Origin: Paragordius varius
Lineage: Eukaryota > Animalia > Nematomorpha
Direction of reading: 5' to 3'
DNA length: 64,000 bases
Assembly: GCA_964247055.1 (NCBI GenBank)
Contig: OZ176050.1
Span: 3,968,001-4,032,000, forward strand
Both the position numbers and the translations under genes were made by a program. Shown piece by piece: positions 25,201-36,263 of this stretch. The number at the start of each line of letters is the position of its first letter. The stretch's first letter is position 1. The notes below the pieces were generated by a model. It made no database searches, had not been told where the DNA came from, and worked only from the letters and a program-made list of their open reading frames with translations.

Positions 25201-27276
25201 TTGGTCTATTAACATTTCAAGTTAGTCATTGAACACTTCAAGTTGGTCCTTAATCATTTCAAGTAGTTGCGTCTTGAACATTTAAGGTTGTTCCTTAAAA
25301 ATTTTAATTTTGGATTAAACCATTATTTTGGGTGTATTCATTTATTTTACCAATTTTGTTAATTTATTATATAGTTGTTCATTTAAATTAATAATTTTTT
25401 TATTAAAAACCCAATTTTTTGTTTTCATATATTTTCCAATTTAATTAAATTATTAACTTAATGTTATCAACGAAAAATTCTAATTAATAAACCACGTTAT
25501 ATTTATTTCAATATAAAAATCTAATTTAAATAAATATATTTTTTAAAAATAATAATATACAGGTTCTGAATGATAAAAAATAATTTAAAAATTTGTTTAA
25601 ATAAAGAGAATAGGTTAACAATTAAAAAATATTATTATATATGGAATAATTCAGCAAATATAAAAATTTATTATAATTTCGATTACTACAAGTAATCTTT
25701 GTCAGCCATAAAAATAAAATTAAAATATAAACTAAAATTTAAATTATAAAGTAAAAATATTTAATGAGATATGAAACTAAAAAACATGTGTATTGTCAAT
25801 AAGAACACAGGTTGATTGATAAAAGTTCAAAACAAACAAAAAATACTAACTTAAAACCTCATAAAGTACAAATGATAGAGCACTAAACTTGAATGATAAG
25901 GTATTAAGCCTATTTTTCTGTCAGCCAACTTTTATATTACAGTTGTGAAAATTAATAATATATATTCATCGGTTGATTCTTTTGGGAAAAGTTTTTAACC
26001 TCGTGTAGCAAATATCTAGAAAAAACGGCCTAAAAATAATGTTGAGGCCCGCTGTTTGAATCAAACTAAAGATATAGATCCTAATATTATTAAGTACAAA
26101 TATCATAACATAATTGATAAAATAATCAGATCAGATATTTTTGGTCTAGGTTCGTGATTCAACTTCATATAAATTTCCTTAAATTCATTCATTTTTCTTA
26201 TAAATCCATTGTAATGATAATCATTGTGAATAAATTGTTTTCAAGATGAAAACAAATTCCAAGAAAAAAAATACAGTAAAAATTTAAACTATACGGACAA
26301 AACGTAAATGTATAGAGACAAATATTTATTATAAAAAAACATGCTTTTTAAATCTTGATTTTTATTCTTTAACCAAAGTATAAAATAGAGATGTATATTG
26401 GTAACATAATTAATTACTCATTTTACAAATTTATTCAAGAATTTTCATAGTATCAATTAAGGTGTTTGAAGAATGGTTGTCTTTTAATAAAAAAATGGCT
26501 TTTAATTTTTTCGTTTGGTCCGTATAATTTCCATTTTTGACTGTAAAATAGCTCTATCCAGTATAATTACACATGAAGGGGCTATATGTTCGGGAACCGC
26601 TAAAGAACATTTATCAAGTTCCCAACCTAATGATTGGAATGATGGAGAGATGACTCTTAAAACATTCAATTTGGGATTTTTGACGTCAAGCATGGCTTCT
26701 CCAAAATTTTCTTGATACTTAAATTGGTCATAGGAATATTTATTGCTTTCTGCCGATACATCATTAGATTCCGTTTGACTTTTAACTTTTGGTTCGGAAA
26801 TGTATAAAATAGCGTTGGATAATGAATTCCATTTTAATATGCCAAAAACACCTAAAATATTTTGGGTAAAAATCAACCTTTGTTATGTATTATATGTTCA
26901 TTAAAGCCAGATTTTCCCATATCAGCTCCAATAACATATACTCCGTTATGATAAATCTTAAAAGTAGAAATAGTCACACATACTGTTAAATAAAAGTTAT
27001 TTTTGTCATCTTTAGTTATTTTGGCTTTGTATGCAAAATCATCCGTAGCTGATAAATATCTAGTCTTAAAATCAAGTAATACTCGTTAGTTACATCATAA
27101 ACCGAACCATGACTGTGTAACAGTTCAGGATATGTTACCGTTCTTGCATACCTAACTTTTTCCATTTTAATTGGGTCGGTATACGATGTTTCTAAATAAA
27201 CTAGTTGTTCATTAGATAATGCATCATTTGGAATATCAAAAAGTTTTGCCCTGTATATGGTTGATTGGGAAATACA
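9398..27276 (-). CDS. APEH: Acylamino-acid-releasing enzyme (acylpeptide hydrolase, S9C), multi-exon
   Basis: Spliced exons: 27083-~27276, 26984-27059, 26878-26956, 26571-26851 (FGILKWNS, QFKYQENFGEAM), 23536-23701 (VFIGYYKEPYPKGIIFITTRR), 22797-22938, ~21030-21400, ~20567-20650 (GSWTLLD), ~19576-19846, 18950-~19030 (GPHAVF..W), 18102-18190 (VNYVGSSGYG), 13365-13487 (GGSHGG catalytic Ser), 13055-13134 (RNPVID..SDIPEW), 9607-9715 (KSPI), 9398-9504 (LGDRDVRVP catalytic Asp). First exon, HG of HGGPH and the last (His) exon are unresolved. Confidence 0.9.
10285..12250. mobile_element. Penelope-like element remnants arranged as an inverted repeat (left arm ~10285-11125 minus, right arm ~11335-12250 plus)
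   Basis: The plus copy encodes degenerate RT-thumb text (INFINQIHTNIKFTMD; YLNVNSHHYLPQKHSVI) and a GIY-YIG endonuclease (PVYKATCSCNEIYVGETSR...KPNSGLAKHV). 10680-10960 is the reverse complement of ~11520-11795. Confidence 0.85.
13697..13735. repeat. (TA)n microsatellite; others at ~9178, ~19232, 23703, ~28137, ~57715
   Basis: Direct reading. Several abut MITE or SINE ends. Confidence 0.9.
13735..13998. mobile_element. Foldback-type MITE, 21-bp repeat family A
   Basis: Long TIRs (C)CATTTACAATTCAAATTCACCC...GGGTGATTTTGAATTGTAAATGG flanked by TA. Confidence 0.8.
14061..17967 (+). mobile_element. Tandem array of a non-autonomous Helitron (units start 14061, 15597, 16655, 17714; single 3' end)
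   Basis: A|TCTATATATTTATAAAAATGG 5' end; 3' hairpin GAAGTCC-GAA-GGACTTC followed by CTAG|T at 17964-17968. Unit lengths 1536, 1058 and 1059 bp, near-identical. Confidence 0.9.
18211..18578. mobile_element. Foldback-type MITE, family A
   Basis: TA|CCATTT...AAATGG|TA with 21-bp units in both arms. Confidence 0.8.
19901..20206. mobile_element. Palindromic Tc1/mariner-like MITE (CAGTAAAA...TTTTACTG)
   Basis: Long TIR containing TATACGGACAAAAC / GACAACCATACTTT; TA on the left flank. Confidence 0.8.
21415..21674. mobile_element. Same CAGT-terminal MITE family
   Basis: CAGTAAAAAATATAAAGACAAAT...TTTTTACTG|TA. Confidence 0.7.
22193..22486. mobile_element. Same CAGT-terminal MITE family
   Basis: TA|CAGTAAAAATTG...TTTTTACTG|TA. 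Confidence 0.8.
23087..23405. mobile_element. Foldback-type MITE, family A
   Basis: 21-bp units in both arms; right end AATGG|TA. Confidence 0.75.
23730..24285. mobile_element. Family A foldback MITE with a nested CAGT-family MITE (~23832-24113)
   Basis: TA|CCATTTATAG...TATGG|TA termini; the internal segment matches the GGACAAAAC/GACAACCATAC family. Confidence 0.75.
24954..25300. repeat. 21-bp tandem repeat arm, family B, starting TA|TCATTTACACTTCAAG
   Basis: About 15 degenerate TTAAACAYTTCAAGTTGGTCC units. Confidence 0.7.
26274..26543. mobile_element. CAGT-terminal MITE; supplies the spurious tail of ORF 26502..26876
   Basis: TA|CAGTAAAAATT...TTTTGACTG|TA. Confidence 0.8.
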
Positions 27277-27412
27277 ATCAAGGTGTATCAAGAAAAGGGT
27301 GTAGCAGACCCATGTCGCCACTGTCCACAAAAGACGTCCCTTGCTGTCCTTCCATACACCAAATGGTGGTTCAGTGACAGCCGTCTAGTAGCGTTGGGGG
27401 TGGGGTTGCATC
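27277..27412. other. Isolated GC-rich island of unknown nature at the APEH 5' end
   Basis: Roughly half G+C by eye against a very AT-rich background; several short complementary stems; ATC at both edges. Confidence 0.45.
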
Positions 27413-27531
27413 TAATATTTTAAGAATCCTTAAACCGAATTAAATGTGTTTATTTTTATTTAATAACCAAGGTTAATTTGTACAACTTTGAACCATCTTT
27501 GTAAAATTATTTTTCGACCTAATTTTGCCTG

Positions 27532-29200
27532 ATGAATCGGATAAACAAAAGGAAGACGCAAATTATACCATACAGGGATATCAGGTAATATATATGTATA
27601 AACAGGATACGCATTTTTTTAAGTTTCAACTTATACAAAATTATCGAATTTTATAAAAAAAACAATCCCGATGTATGGTCAGATTTCATCCAAAATTACA
27701 ATAAAGATAAGGATAGACACTTTTTGATTTATTGCCAAATTTATCGAAACGAGGTTAGCATTACGTCAAAAAAGCTGTTAAAAGATTCGAGCAAACACCC
27801 AATAAACTTGTAATCGAATTTCCCTCTTTACGGGTATCAGTGGACCCTATTTTGTTGCTATCCTCTATTACAATGCTTGCTTAAATGTAACGAAACGGGA
27901 AACATATATAACTATTTTTTTGGGTTATTTTTTTAGGGCTTAGAACCGGTTCCAAAGCGATTCTTAATAACTGGTTAATCTTTATTTTCGTGAACCAGGT
28001 TTTTTAAAGTGCGCATTTTTTTCGGTTTGAAAATCGGGTTTTTTTTAAAGTAAGCATTTTAATTCGGTTTCAGACCTGGCTCTCCGTAGATAATTGGTTC
28101 TCAACAATCAAAATGGTTTATTAAAATAAGCGATCCTTATATATATACATATATATATATATATAAATATATAAAGGAAGCATTTCTTGTTTTTTCATAC
28201 TTTTAAATAACGTGCATAAACTAGTAGTTGGTTTTTATATCCTTCATCAATTGTCCAAAAATAATGTAAGTTATCAAATTTTTCGTATATGTGTAAAGTT
28301 ATATAATAAATTTTAACACATAGCTATCTAATACAGAACCGATTCTTAAACGGTTTCTTTGAAATTTTTTAATATTGTTGTTCTCGCTTGGTTTTTAAAT
28401 CTGTTTTTTTGCTTTTTTATCACAATGATAATAATTTTATTTTTAATATGTACATAGCATTATTATATATAAACTGAAATAATAAAATGATAATTATCAA
28501 ATCTGAAATATGAATGGAAAAGATAAAAATTTCCCATTCTTAACAATTTATGTTTATATTTTCTAAATTGAATTTACTCAAAAATTATAACCGTTTTATA
28601 TCAAAATTTTTATATATTTTTTTTGTTTTTTTGTGTTTTAAAATACTTGGATTTCTACGACATTATAAATGATGTGTTTTATCGCAAATTATCAACCAAT
28701 TATCCGGCAGAAATTTTGTATAGCATGTCGGGTTATTTACTTGGAGTTCTTACTATTCACGAAATTTTACAAAAATCGGGTTTTGTTAATTAGTTTTTTA
28801 CAGTTTTTTTAACCATTTACAGTTCAAATTCACCCTTAAACAATTCAAATATACTTTAAAATGATGCGTTTTTTAAGCTTAAAAATTATTTAATTTTTTA
28901 AATTGTTAAAAAATAAAATTTTATTAATTAATATAATACTGAAAAAATAATAAACTATGCCACATAAAATCTATTTCTTATTAATGGTGAGTTATATTAG
29001 CTGCCCGAAAACACATATTTTTATAAGGGTGAATTATAATTATTCGAGGGTAAATTTAAATTGGAAATGATATATAATTTTTTACAATATTAGATAAGGA
29101 TTTGTCCTCTCAAATGTCATGTAGCATTAATGTCAAAAAGATACACAGTGTGGATGTTTTGATGGAAAAAACTGCTTGCTTAATTGTATAACGAACGCCT
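27532..29200 (+). CDS. Putative uncharacterised multi-exon gene divergent from APEH
   Basis: ATG 27532; AG|gtaata..aaacag|G intron (21 nt) joins to a ~70-codon open frame (RIRIFLSFNLYKIIEFYKKNNPDVWSDF...). Later exon-like blocks at ~28643-28779 (YLDFYDIINDVFYRKL...EILQKS, phase-1 donor) and from ~29094 (DKDLSSQMSCSINVKK, matching phase). No family recognised. Confidence 0.4.
28813..29070. mobile_element. Foldback-type MITE, family A
   Basis: CCATTTACAGTTCAAATTCACCC left arm; degenerate inverted right arm. Confidence 0.7.
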
Positions 29201-29435
29201 TATTTGATCTAACAGAATGATTAAAATTATGTTAATAATATTAATTAATTTAAAATATGCCTGTGTCACTTTTGATTGATACATTTAAGAAATTTTTCCA
29301 ATATTTTAATGAGACAAAAATACATGTTAAACTATAAAATATTTAAATTTTATAGCTTATATATATATATAGAAATGCTCTTGTTGTTTTGAAATATGGT
29401 TAATATACAAAGATAAAAACAATATATAAAAAATA

Positions 29436-30005
29436 CTAGCGTAAATCTCGTGCTGCTACGCAGCTGAGGAAGTCTTTCGGACTTCTAAGGGGGGGCTATT
29501 TGAAATAAGGGACAATAAAATGATCCACATATGTAGATTATTTCGTAACATTATTTATTAAATATGATTTTATAGGAATTTTAAAACAGTGCATTCATAC
29601 TAATATATTGTTTACTTGGGGGAAAAATAGATTTAAAAAATTATTTTTGTAGATTTTGTTTTTTGAAAAAATGGCATTTTACGGGGGGAGCGGGTAAAAA
29701 GAGGGCCTAAATCCAAAAAGTGAGTCGACTATGTTCGGCGGAAATCATATTTGTAATTGAATGGTCCGACACGTTCTCCGGATAATTGTCTCGAAGACAC
29801 TATTATTGTGGACTTCTGTTTTCAAAAAAAACCCGTTTTTTACACGGGGTGGGCCCGAACTGGGGGACTATTTCAAAAAAAGGGCGAAGCTATTGTCGGG
29901 GCATTCATTAATGATTATTTTTCGAAGTTTGGATTTGAATGGGTCTACCCGTTTTCCTGTACCAGATCACAAAGCCAGCATTTTCCATTTTTATGATTAT
30001 ATAGA
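29436..30005 (-). mobile_element. Complete short non-autonomous Helitron
   Basis: On the minus strand: A|TCTATATAATC 5' end, 3' hairpin, CTAG|T end. Confidence 0.9.
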
Positions 30006-31474
30006 TTAATAAAAATAAATTATAGAAAATGAGATGGCTAAAGACCATGCTTAATTCGGCGTGGAAATCGTCGTATTTGTACGAATAAAAATTATAAAGT
30101 TAGTATTATTTTACATTTTGCATAGCAGAAGCCTATATAAATTTTTGAATATATATTTCGTAGTAATTCATATGTAGGAAATTTTGCAGTTCCAACGTAG
30201 TAAAATTATAATACAAACATATTTTTTAGTTATTAAAAGATCCGCTCTATACTACTTTTTTTTAACTTTTTTTAACTACCATTTTTGTAAATTTAAAATT
30301 TATTTCATTAAAGTACATAATTAGTATATCTAAAAAGAAAATTGGTCTAGCATGCAAGTATTTTTTTATATTAGAGTTTATCGATAATTTTTGGCCCCGA
30401 TTTAACATTAAACTTGAAATTTTGAAAATTAAAAGTTTTAGATATGAAGCCATGTATTTTATATCATTCGAAAGAGCGCAAAAATCTGCATCTTTTAAAT
30501 GGTAGTAAGTCATTTAAATCAATCGGATGTAAAAGTTATTTGGATTTAAATGGTCGAAATTTTCAATCACTTAATAAGTCAAGCATTTTCGCAGACAAAC
30601 TAATTTGAAAATCATATAAATTATTTTAATATAATTATTAGGGTTATATTAGTATTTAATTTAAGAAAAATGTTTGAAAACGCTTTTGGTTTGCTTTTTT
30701 AACAAAAATTATTATTATCATATATATTTTACCTAGAAAGTAAAATGCATAGTTATAACTGTTTACATAATGGCTATAAAAGATCAAAAATACCTTAAAC
30801 TTTGTTTTTATCTTTAAAATTTCGAAATTATCAGCCAAAGAAAATAAATTAATATTGATGAGATAGTGATTTTAAAAAACAAAAAACTTAAAAATGGCTG
30901 TTTTGAGTGACATAAAAGCAATAAAAAATGTTTTAATCAAAAAACTTTCTTGTGTTATCTTTTTTGGACATTCATCAACATTTAAACAAATTTTGAGCTA
31001 TTTTCATCCATTAAAAATATAATAATTAAAAAAAATGCTCTCGCTTCGCGCGTTTGTCGCTCTTTGTGTCCAATATTAACTGTCGATGTAATACATATTA
31101 GTATGCATTTTATAGAGATTTTATTACTCTTTCGAATGATATATTACAAATGGGCATTACTTGTATATTTTCAAAGAAAAACATTTTTTAGTAAAATTTT
31201 GATAAAGAGGGCGCATAATCAAAAAAATCAAATTATACAAAATTCTTCCATCGAGTTATAATTTTTATTTCAGATTTACTGTTAAAATGATACTAAATAT
31301 CAGAAAATGCAAAAAACTCGAGTGGCAGAAAAATTTGTTGCTCAGTGTTATTGACATCGGGAATGCCTTCCTTAAGACCCTTTTTGACGTTGGGAATGTC
31401 TTCCTTAAAACCCTTTTTGACTTTTTAATTGTTTTTGATTTAAAAATATTTAATAAAAAGATTTTTGACTAAAA

Positions 31475-31741
31475 CAGGGCTGTCTAACCAAATGGCTTCG
31501 CGGGCCGCATTACTCAAAAAGCACGGCGTTCCGCATTCGATTATATGCGGACGTTCATAAATGATTTTTCGATTAGACATAAGACTGTAAAATACAAAAA
31601 TATAACATTTTTTTTAATTGGTTACCAATGTAATATCAGAATAATTGCATAAATAATATTACTAAGATATGTCATTTTTGCATATGTTTAAATTTTTTGC
31701 GGCCGCACAAAGATATTCGGGAGGCTGCGTTGGGCCCCCTA
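31475..31741. mobile_element. hAT-type MITE (CAGGG..TCYAAC family); relatives at ~32563-32852 and ~46346-46523
   Basis: Shares ATGGCTTCGCGGGCCGCA and GCGGCCGCACAAA..ATT..GGAGGCTGCG subterminal blocks with 35563-35803. Confidence 0.6.
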
Positions 31742-32124
31742 TGGACCAAATAAAATATTAAAAAAATTAGGGTAAATGTAACATCAATATGAAATGTTAA
31801 ATGACTTTTGAGAAAAAAATGGTATATTATTTTTGTATTTTAATATTTCATCCGTAACTATAGAATTTTAAGATAGCCGCAAATAATGCGAACCATCAAT
31901 AAAATAAAAAATATTATCTTAAAAAACATCTCAAATTCCAAAAATATAACTTTTAAAAAATAAGTCATTAATAATTTGCACTGGAATATACTTGGAAAAT
32001 TGTCATTCAGTAATTGTATTTTTCTAAAAAATAATATCCTAATATTACGCTGATAATGGTTAAAAGTTATTTTTATATCTTGTTTTGATATTTACCAACA
32101 AAAATTAACCGTTTTTATTTATTC

Positions 32125-32297
32125 GGAAAACGTTTTTATTGATTGGAAAAATGTTTTTATTGACTGAGAAAACGTTTCTATCGACTGGAAACGTTTCGAT
32201 TGACTGGGAAAATGTTTCTATTGACTGGGGAAACGTTTCGATTGACTGGGAAAATGTTTCGATTAACTGGACAAACGTTTATTTTGACTGGGAAATG
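32125..32297. repeat. 21-bp tandem repeat family C (ATTGACTGGGAAAAYGTTTCK) ending AAATGG|TA
   Basis: About eight units. Explains the NVSIDWE repeat in ORF 32139..32432. Confidence 0.8.
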
Positions 32298-33339
32298 GTA
32301 TATATTAATGCTTTCATCAATGGCAAATATATTTATAATTTAAGTTTAACATGCATTTCATCAAATTTTTTGTTTTTACACATGTTGGTACAATTTAACA
32401 GCAAATTTAGCTATATTATAATATTCTACTAGTTATTTTATTTACATGAAAATTAACACATCTATATATGTTATAAAATAAATTTAAATACTTATGTTTT
32501 GATATATATTAATTCAAATATGGCTGTTCAAGCCATTTGTTTTGGACACCCCTGTTCTCTACCATGGCTGTTTAACACGCATGGCTTGCCAGGCCGCACT
32601 TTTTGATCAAAAAAGTAAGCGAGCCGCATTTGCAAAGTATATGAGAATTAACAAATATTTTTTAGATTTAAACATAAGATTGTAGAAATTAACGTTTATT
32701 TTAACGGTAGTTTTAACTAGTTCATTGAAATATGGAAATCTTATTCAGAAAATTTGTTTATGAAATTTAATTTTACTTATATTTTATTTTTATTAAAGTT
32801 TAAATTTTGTCGCGTGCTGCAAAAATATTTTGGAGCGTGTTGGATGCCCCCACTAAAGCAATGTAAAAGGATTTTGTTTAATTGATTGTAAGTTGCTTTT
32901 GTAAGTAAAATCATAGTCGTTTTTTAGCCCCTAGTACCCCAAAGGTGGTATTTTAACATGGATTTTTTTATCACAAATTAGAAAATTTAACAAAGAAAAC
33001 CATTATAAAACAGACCATGTAAACTAATATAAGTACACCATAGAACAATAATGGGATTGATATAAAAAATTAATTAGCCATTAAAATAGATACAATCAAT
33101 GTTGCAAAAAAACGCTTGGATCCATGGTTTATTGGGCCGTAGTTTTAACCTAAGCCGATCGGTGCGGTGCGTTAGTTCTATGCTTTATTATTATATGTGT
33201 GATTAAATTTTAATTGTCAGTCTGAGTAAATACCAGAGCCTGTTCCATAAAATAATCGTTTTGAATGAATCCAAATTTATTTTTACTCACTTTACTTAAA
33301 TTAAAACATTATTTGTATAAATTTATTTATGTCGTATTG

Positions 33340-34857
33340 TTATCCTCCAACTGTTCGAACCAAATAAGATTCTCTTTCAGGCGGATGGTAAGGTTCTATG
33401 ATACAGCAATCTTCCCGAGGACCTGAGTTCCCAGTTTTTAAGCTTTCCTCATTCCCTCCAAGGCCTAAATCGTCTGGAAAGGTATGAATCTAAAGCAAAA
33501 TCAATCTCAAAAATCAATCTTAGTAAGATTTTGTGATAATTTAGGTGTCTGTAATAACAAAAATATAAAGGTTAAAATGCATACTTAATTAATTTCTTAG
33601 TCGTTCACCAAAAATTTCCTCAAATATAAATAATTTGTCCATTTAGCACTAATCTTATGTATAAATTACTTCAAAGTTAGAAATTATTACAACAGTTTAT
33701 TATAGAGAGAAATATTTTTTATATGCACCAATTTTATGGTAAGGCTATCTAGCAATATTTAATGAAAAAAACTAACAATGCGTAGATTTATGAGCCTAAA
33801 CTATTTAAATTTATGCGTAATTTTGGGTTATTGGTTATGATTCGTGATCTAAAAAGCTTAAAATATTTTTACCACAAGAGCTCTTCCAATTATCCCTCGT
33901 TCGTTTGGCAATAACGATATGACGTTGTCAAATTTCACGATACTCGCTTCGCCATCTAAGTTCGCCAAAATATTTCCCAAATCCCCAACGTGTCTTATAT
34001 TTTAAAGGGCAAAAAATGTTATAATATATAAGATTTTAACATTTTAAAGCAAAACTTACAGTAAAAACATTAAAATTTTACAGACAAATATTTTTTAATA
34101 GGCAAACATACTTTTTATACCTAAATTTTTCTTTTATAAGTTATTTGATTTCAATTTTCAAATACATAATTCATTGTGTTACAAATATACATCACTATCT
34201 GATACTTTGCAATTTAAAACGACGTTTAGAAAGATAGAACACGCGGTGGGTGTGGTTTTTTTGAAAAAAATTGTCTTTATATTACGTTTTGTTCATATAA
34301 TTTCTTTTTACCGGATTTTTATAGTTAGTACTTAAAAATATGTATACCTAACAAAATTAAGTATATTAAATTAACCGTTAAAACTTAAGAATAAATACCT
34401 AAAGGGGGAAGATGGAGCCCCATGAACTTTGAGAAATGGATTGAAATGTGGTCCAGCACCCATACATTCTAATATATAATTTTATTTTATTCTATTTTTT
34501 AAAATCCATAACAAGAATTGACTATAAGAACTTTTAAATAAACTAAATTCAAAAATAAAATCCAAAAAATATCTTTAAAGTGATATTTTTAAACAAAATT
34601 TTTTACGGTCGCTGAGATTCCCATACACATGAATGTGCATTCCATGGTATCCTGGCTCTAGTCCTGAAACTCTCCCATACAACAACACATCATTTGACTT
34701 TTGAAAAATAATATTTTGAAATATAAAATTATTTTTGGCATAAAAAAGTATTTTTATTAATACAAATTTATTGAAAATTGTATCATACCAATTGTTGGAA
34801 TGTGATTTTTCCCTTTAAAGCTCCATAGAATATGCATATGGCCCAAATTTGTAACAT
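33340..34857 (-). CDS. Cu/Zn superoxide dismutase (five exons; absent from the ORF track)
   Basis: Exons 34789-34857, 34607-34697, 34399-34468, 33873-33993, 33340-33489 splice in frame: AICIFYG..GKITFQQ / [12 protein letters not shown] / [18 protein letters not shown] / RHVGDLGNI / [35 protein letters not shown]. All metal ligands are present. The true start may lie upstream. Confidence 0.93.
34059..34313. mobile_element. CAGT-terminal MITE in a SOD intron
   Basis: TA|CAGTAAAAACATT..ACAGACAAAT left arm; degenerate right arm. Confidence 0.6.
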
Positions 34858-35562
34858 AATAGTGTAAAAAAATATGAGTGTTTAATAATTTTCTACTATA
34901 ACTCAATTTGCATGTATTTACTCACATACTCTAACATATTTGAATAACCATTTTTGCATTAAACACATCTTTCAAAAACAATACTAGTCATTAAATTAAT
35001 AGTAAAAATTATCAATTATTCTTTAATGATTTGGCCAAATTAACGGTTAAATTTACATTTAAAAGATTATAAATTTAATTACGACGCTATTGAAACAGTA
35101 AGCTGCTCTATATTTCTGTTTAGTGAAGAATTTCAATTTATATGGATAAGTTTCGTCTTCCGCAATAAATAAATGGAAACAGCGCTTTTGGTTTGACGGG
35201 TCAAATCCTGGGATTGGATCCGACAAAAAATAGCGGTTCTGAGATTTTCGCAATTATGTGTTTAATTTTTCAATTTAATAATTCACCTATTTTTTAGATA
35301 TGATCTTCAATTTTAATCACAAGCGTAAATTTAAAAAAAAAATATTCAATAAATTTTTGCATTTTTGTTAGGAGACTGGAATCATAAATCATTTGTTTGA
35401 TCAAAGAACAATGTAACTAGAATTATTATGTCCTGTGTTTTACAAATAAGATTCAATTTAGGATTGTAACGGGGATAATTTTATAGATAGATACACCAAG
35501 ATTTAAATATAAATAAAAAAGTATAAATTGAATGGCAGATAAAATTCATCTAGGCCCTAGAT

Positions 35563-35803
35563 CAGGGGTATCCAACACAAATGGCTTCACCGGACATTTT
35601 TTAATCGACAGGCTGCATTCGCAAAATACATAGGAATTAATAGATAGAATCCATTGTAAAAACTACTATAAAGTTTGATTTGGAAAGATATATTAAGATT
35701 GTTTAAGAAAATCAATTCTAATTAGATTTGGTAAAATTTTGTTTTATAAAATATCTCGCGGGCTGCAAAAATATATTGGAGGGTCGCGTGATAGACATCC
35801 CTG
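35563..35803. mobile_element. hAT MITE with perfect 8-bp TSD
   Basis: CCCTAGAT|CAGGGGTATCCAA...AGACATCCCTG|CCCTAGAT. Confidence 0.9.
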
Positions 35804-36263
35804 CCCTAGATATTCTCAAAGAGCAAAACAGGAAAAATGATTATTGTAAAAAAATTTAACACTTGTGATTCACATTAAAATTAAAAACTGTTTCAATGCG
35901 TACACAATTATTAAACTATTTTTGAAGTTATTTTTACCCAATAAAATAATTAAACTACCCTAAAACAACATAAGTCAATAGCCTTTTAATGCATATCGAT
36001 ATAGAAATGATATTTTAAGTATTTAAAAGTTTAAGCATATGCTTTATGTCAAACTCATTATTAATACCATGACTTTTTAATATCGGATTACTTTTCAAAT
36101 ATCAATTAAACAATCATTGGTCCAATTACAAGTGTTAATCCCATGTAACCCAGATATATCATTTAAGTTTTTAAAATTATTTTTTATTTAATAATATATA
36201 TATTTTTATTACATGGTATATATGGGGATAAAATAAATTTATTTTCAGATATAAGAATCAAAT

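Noticed and set aside
26627-26654. An additional 28-nt intron inside the APEH exon (gtcatc..cattag)
   Set aside because: Removing it shifts the frame into a stop. The unspliced frame stays homologous.
27340-27400. In-frame TGA read as selenocysteine in the GC island
   Set aside because: There is no selenoprotein homology and no SECIS identified.
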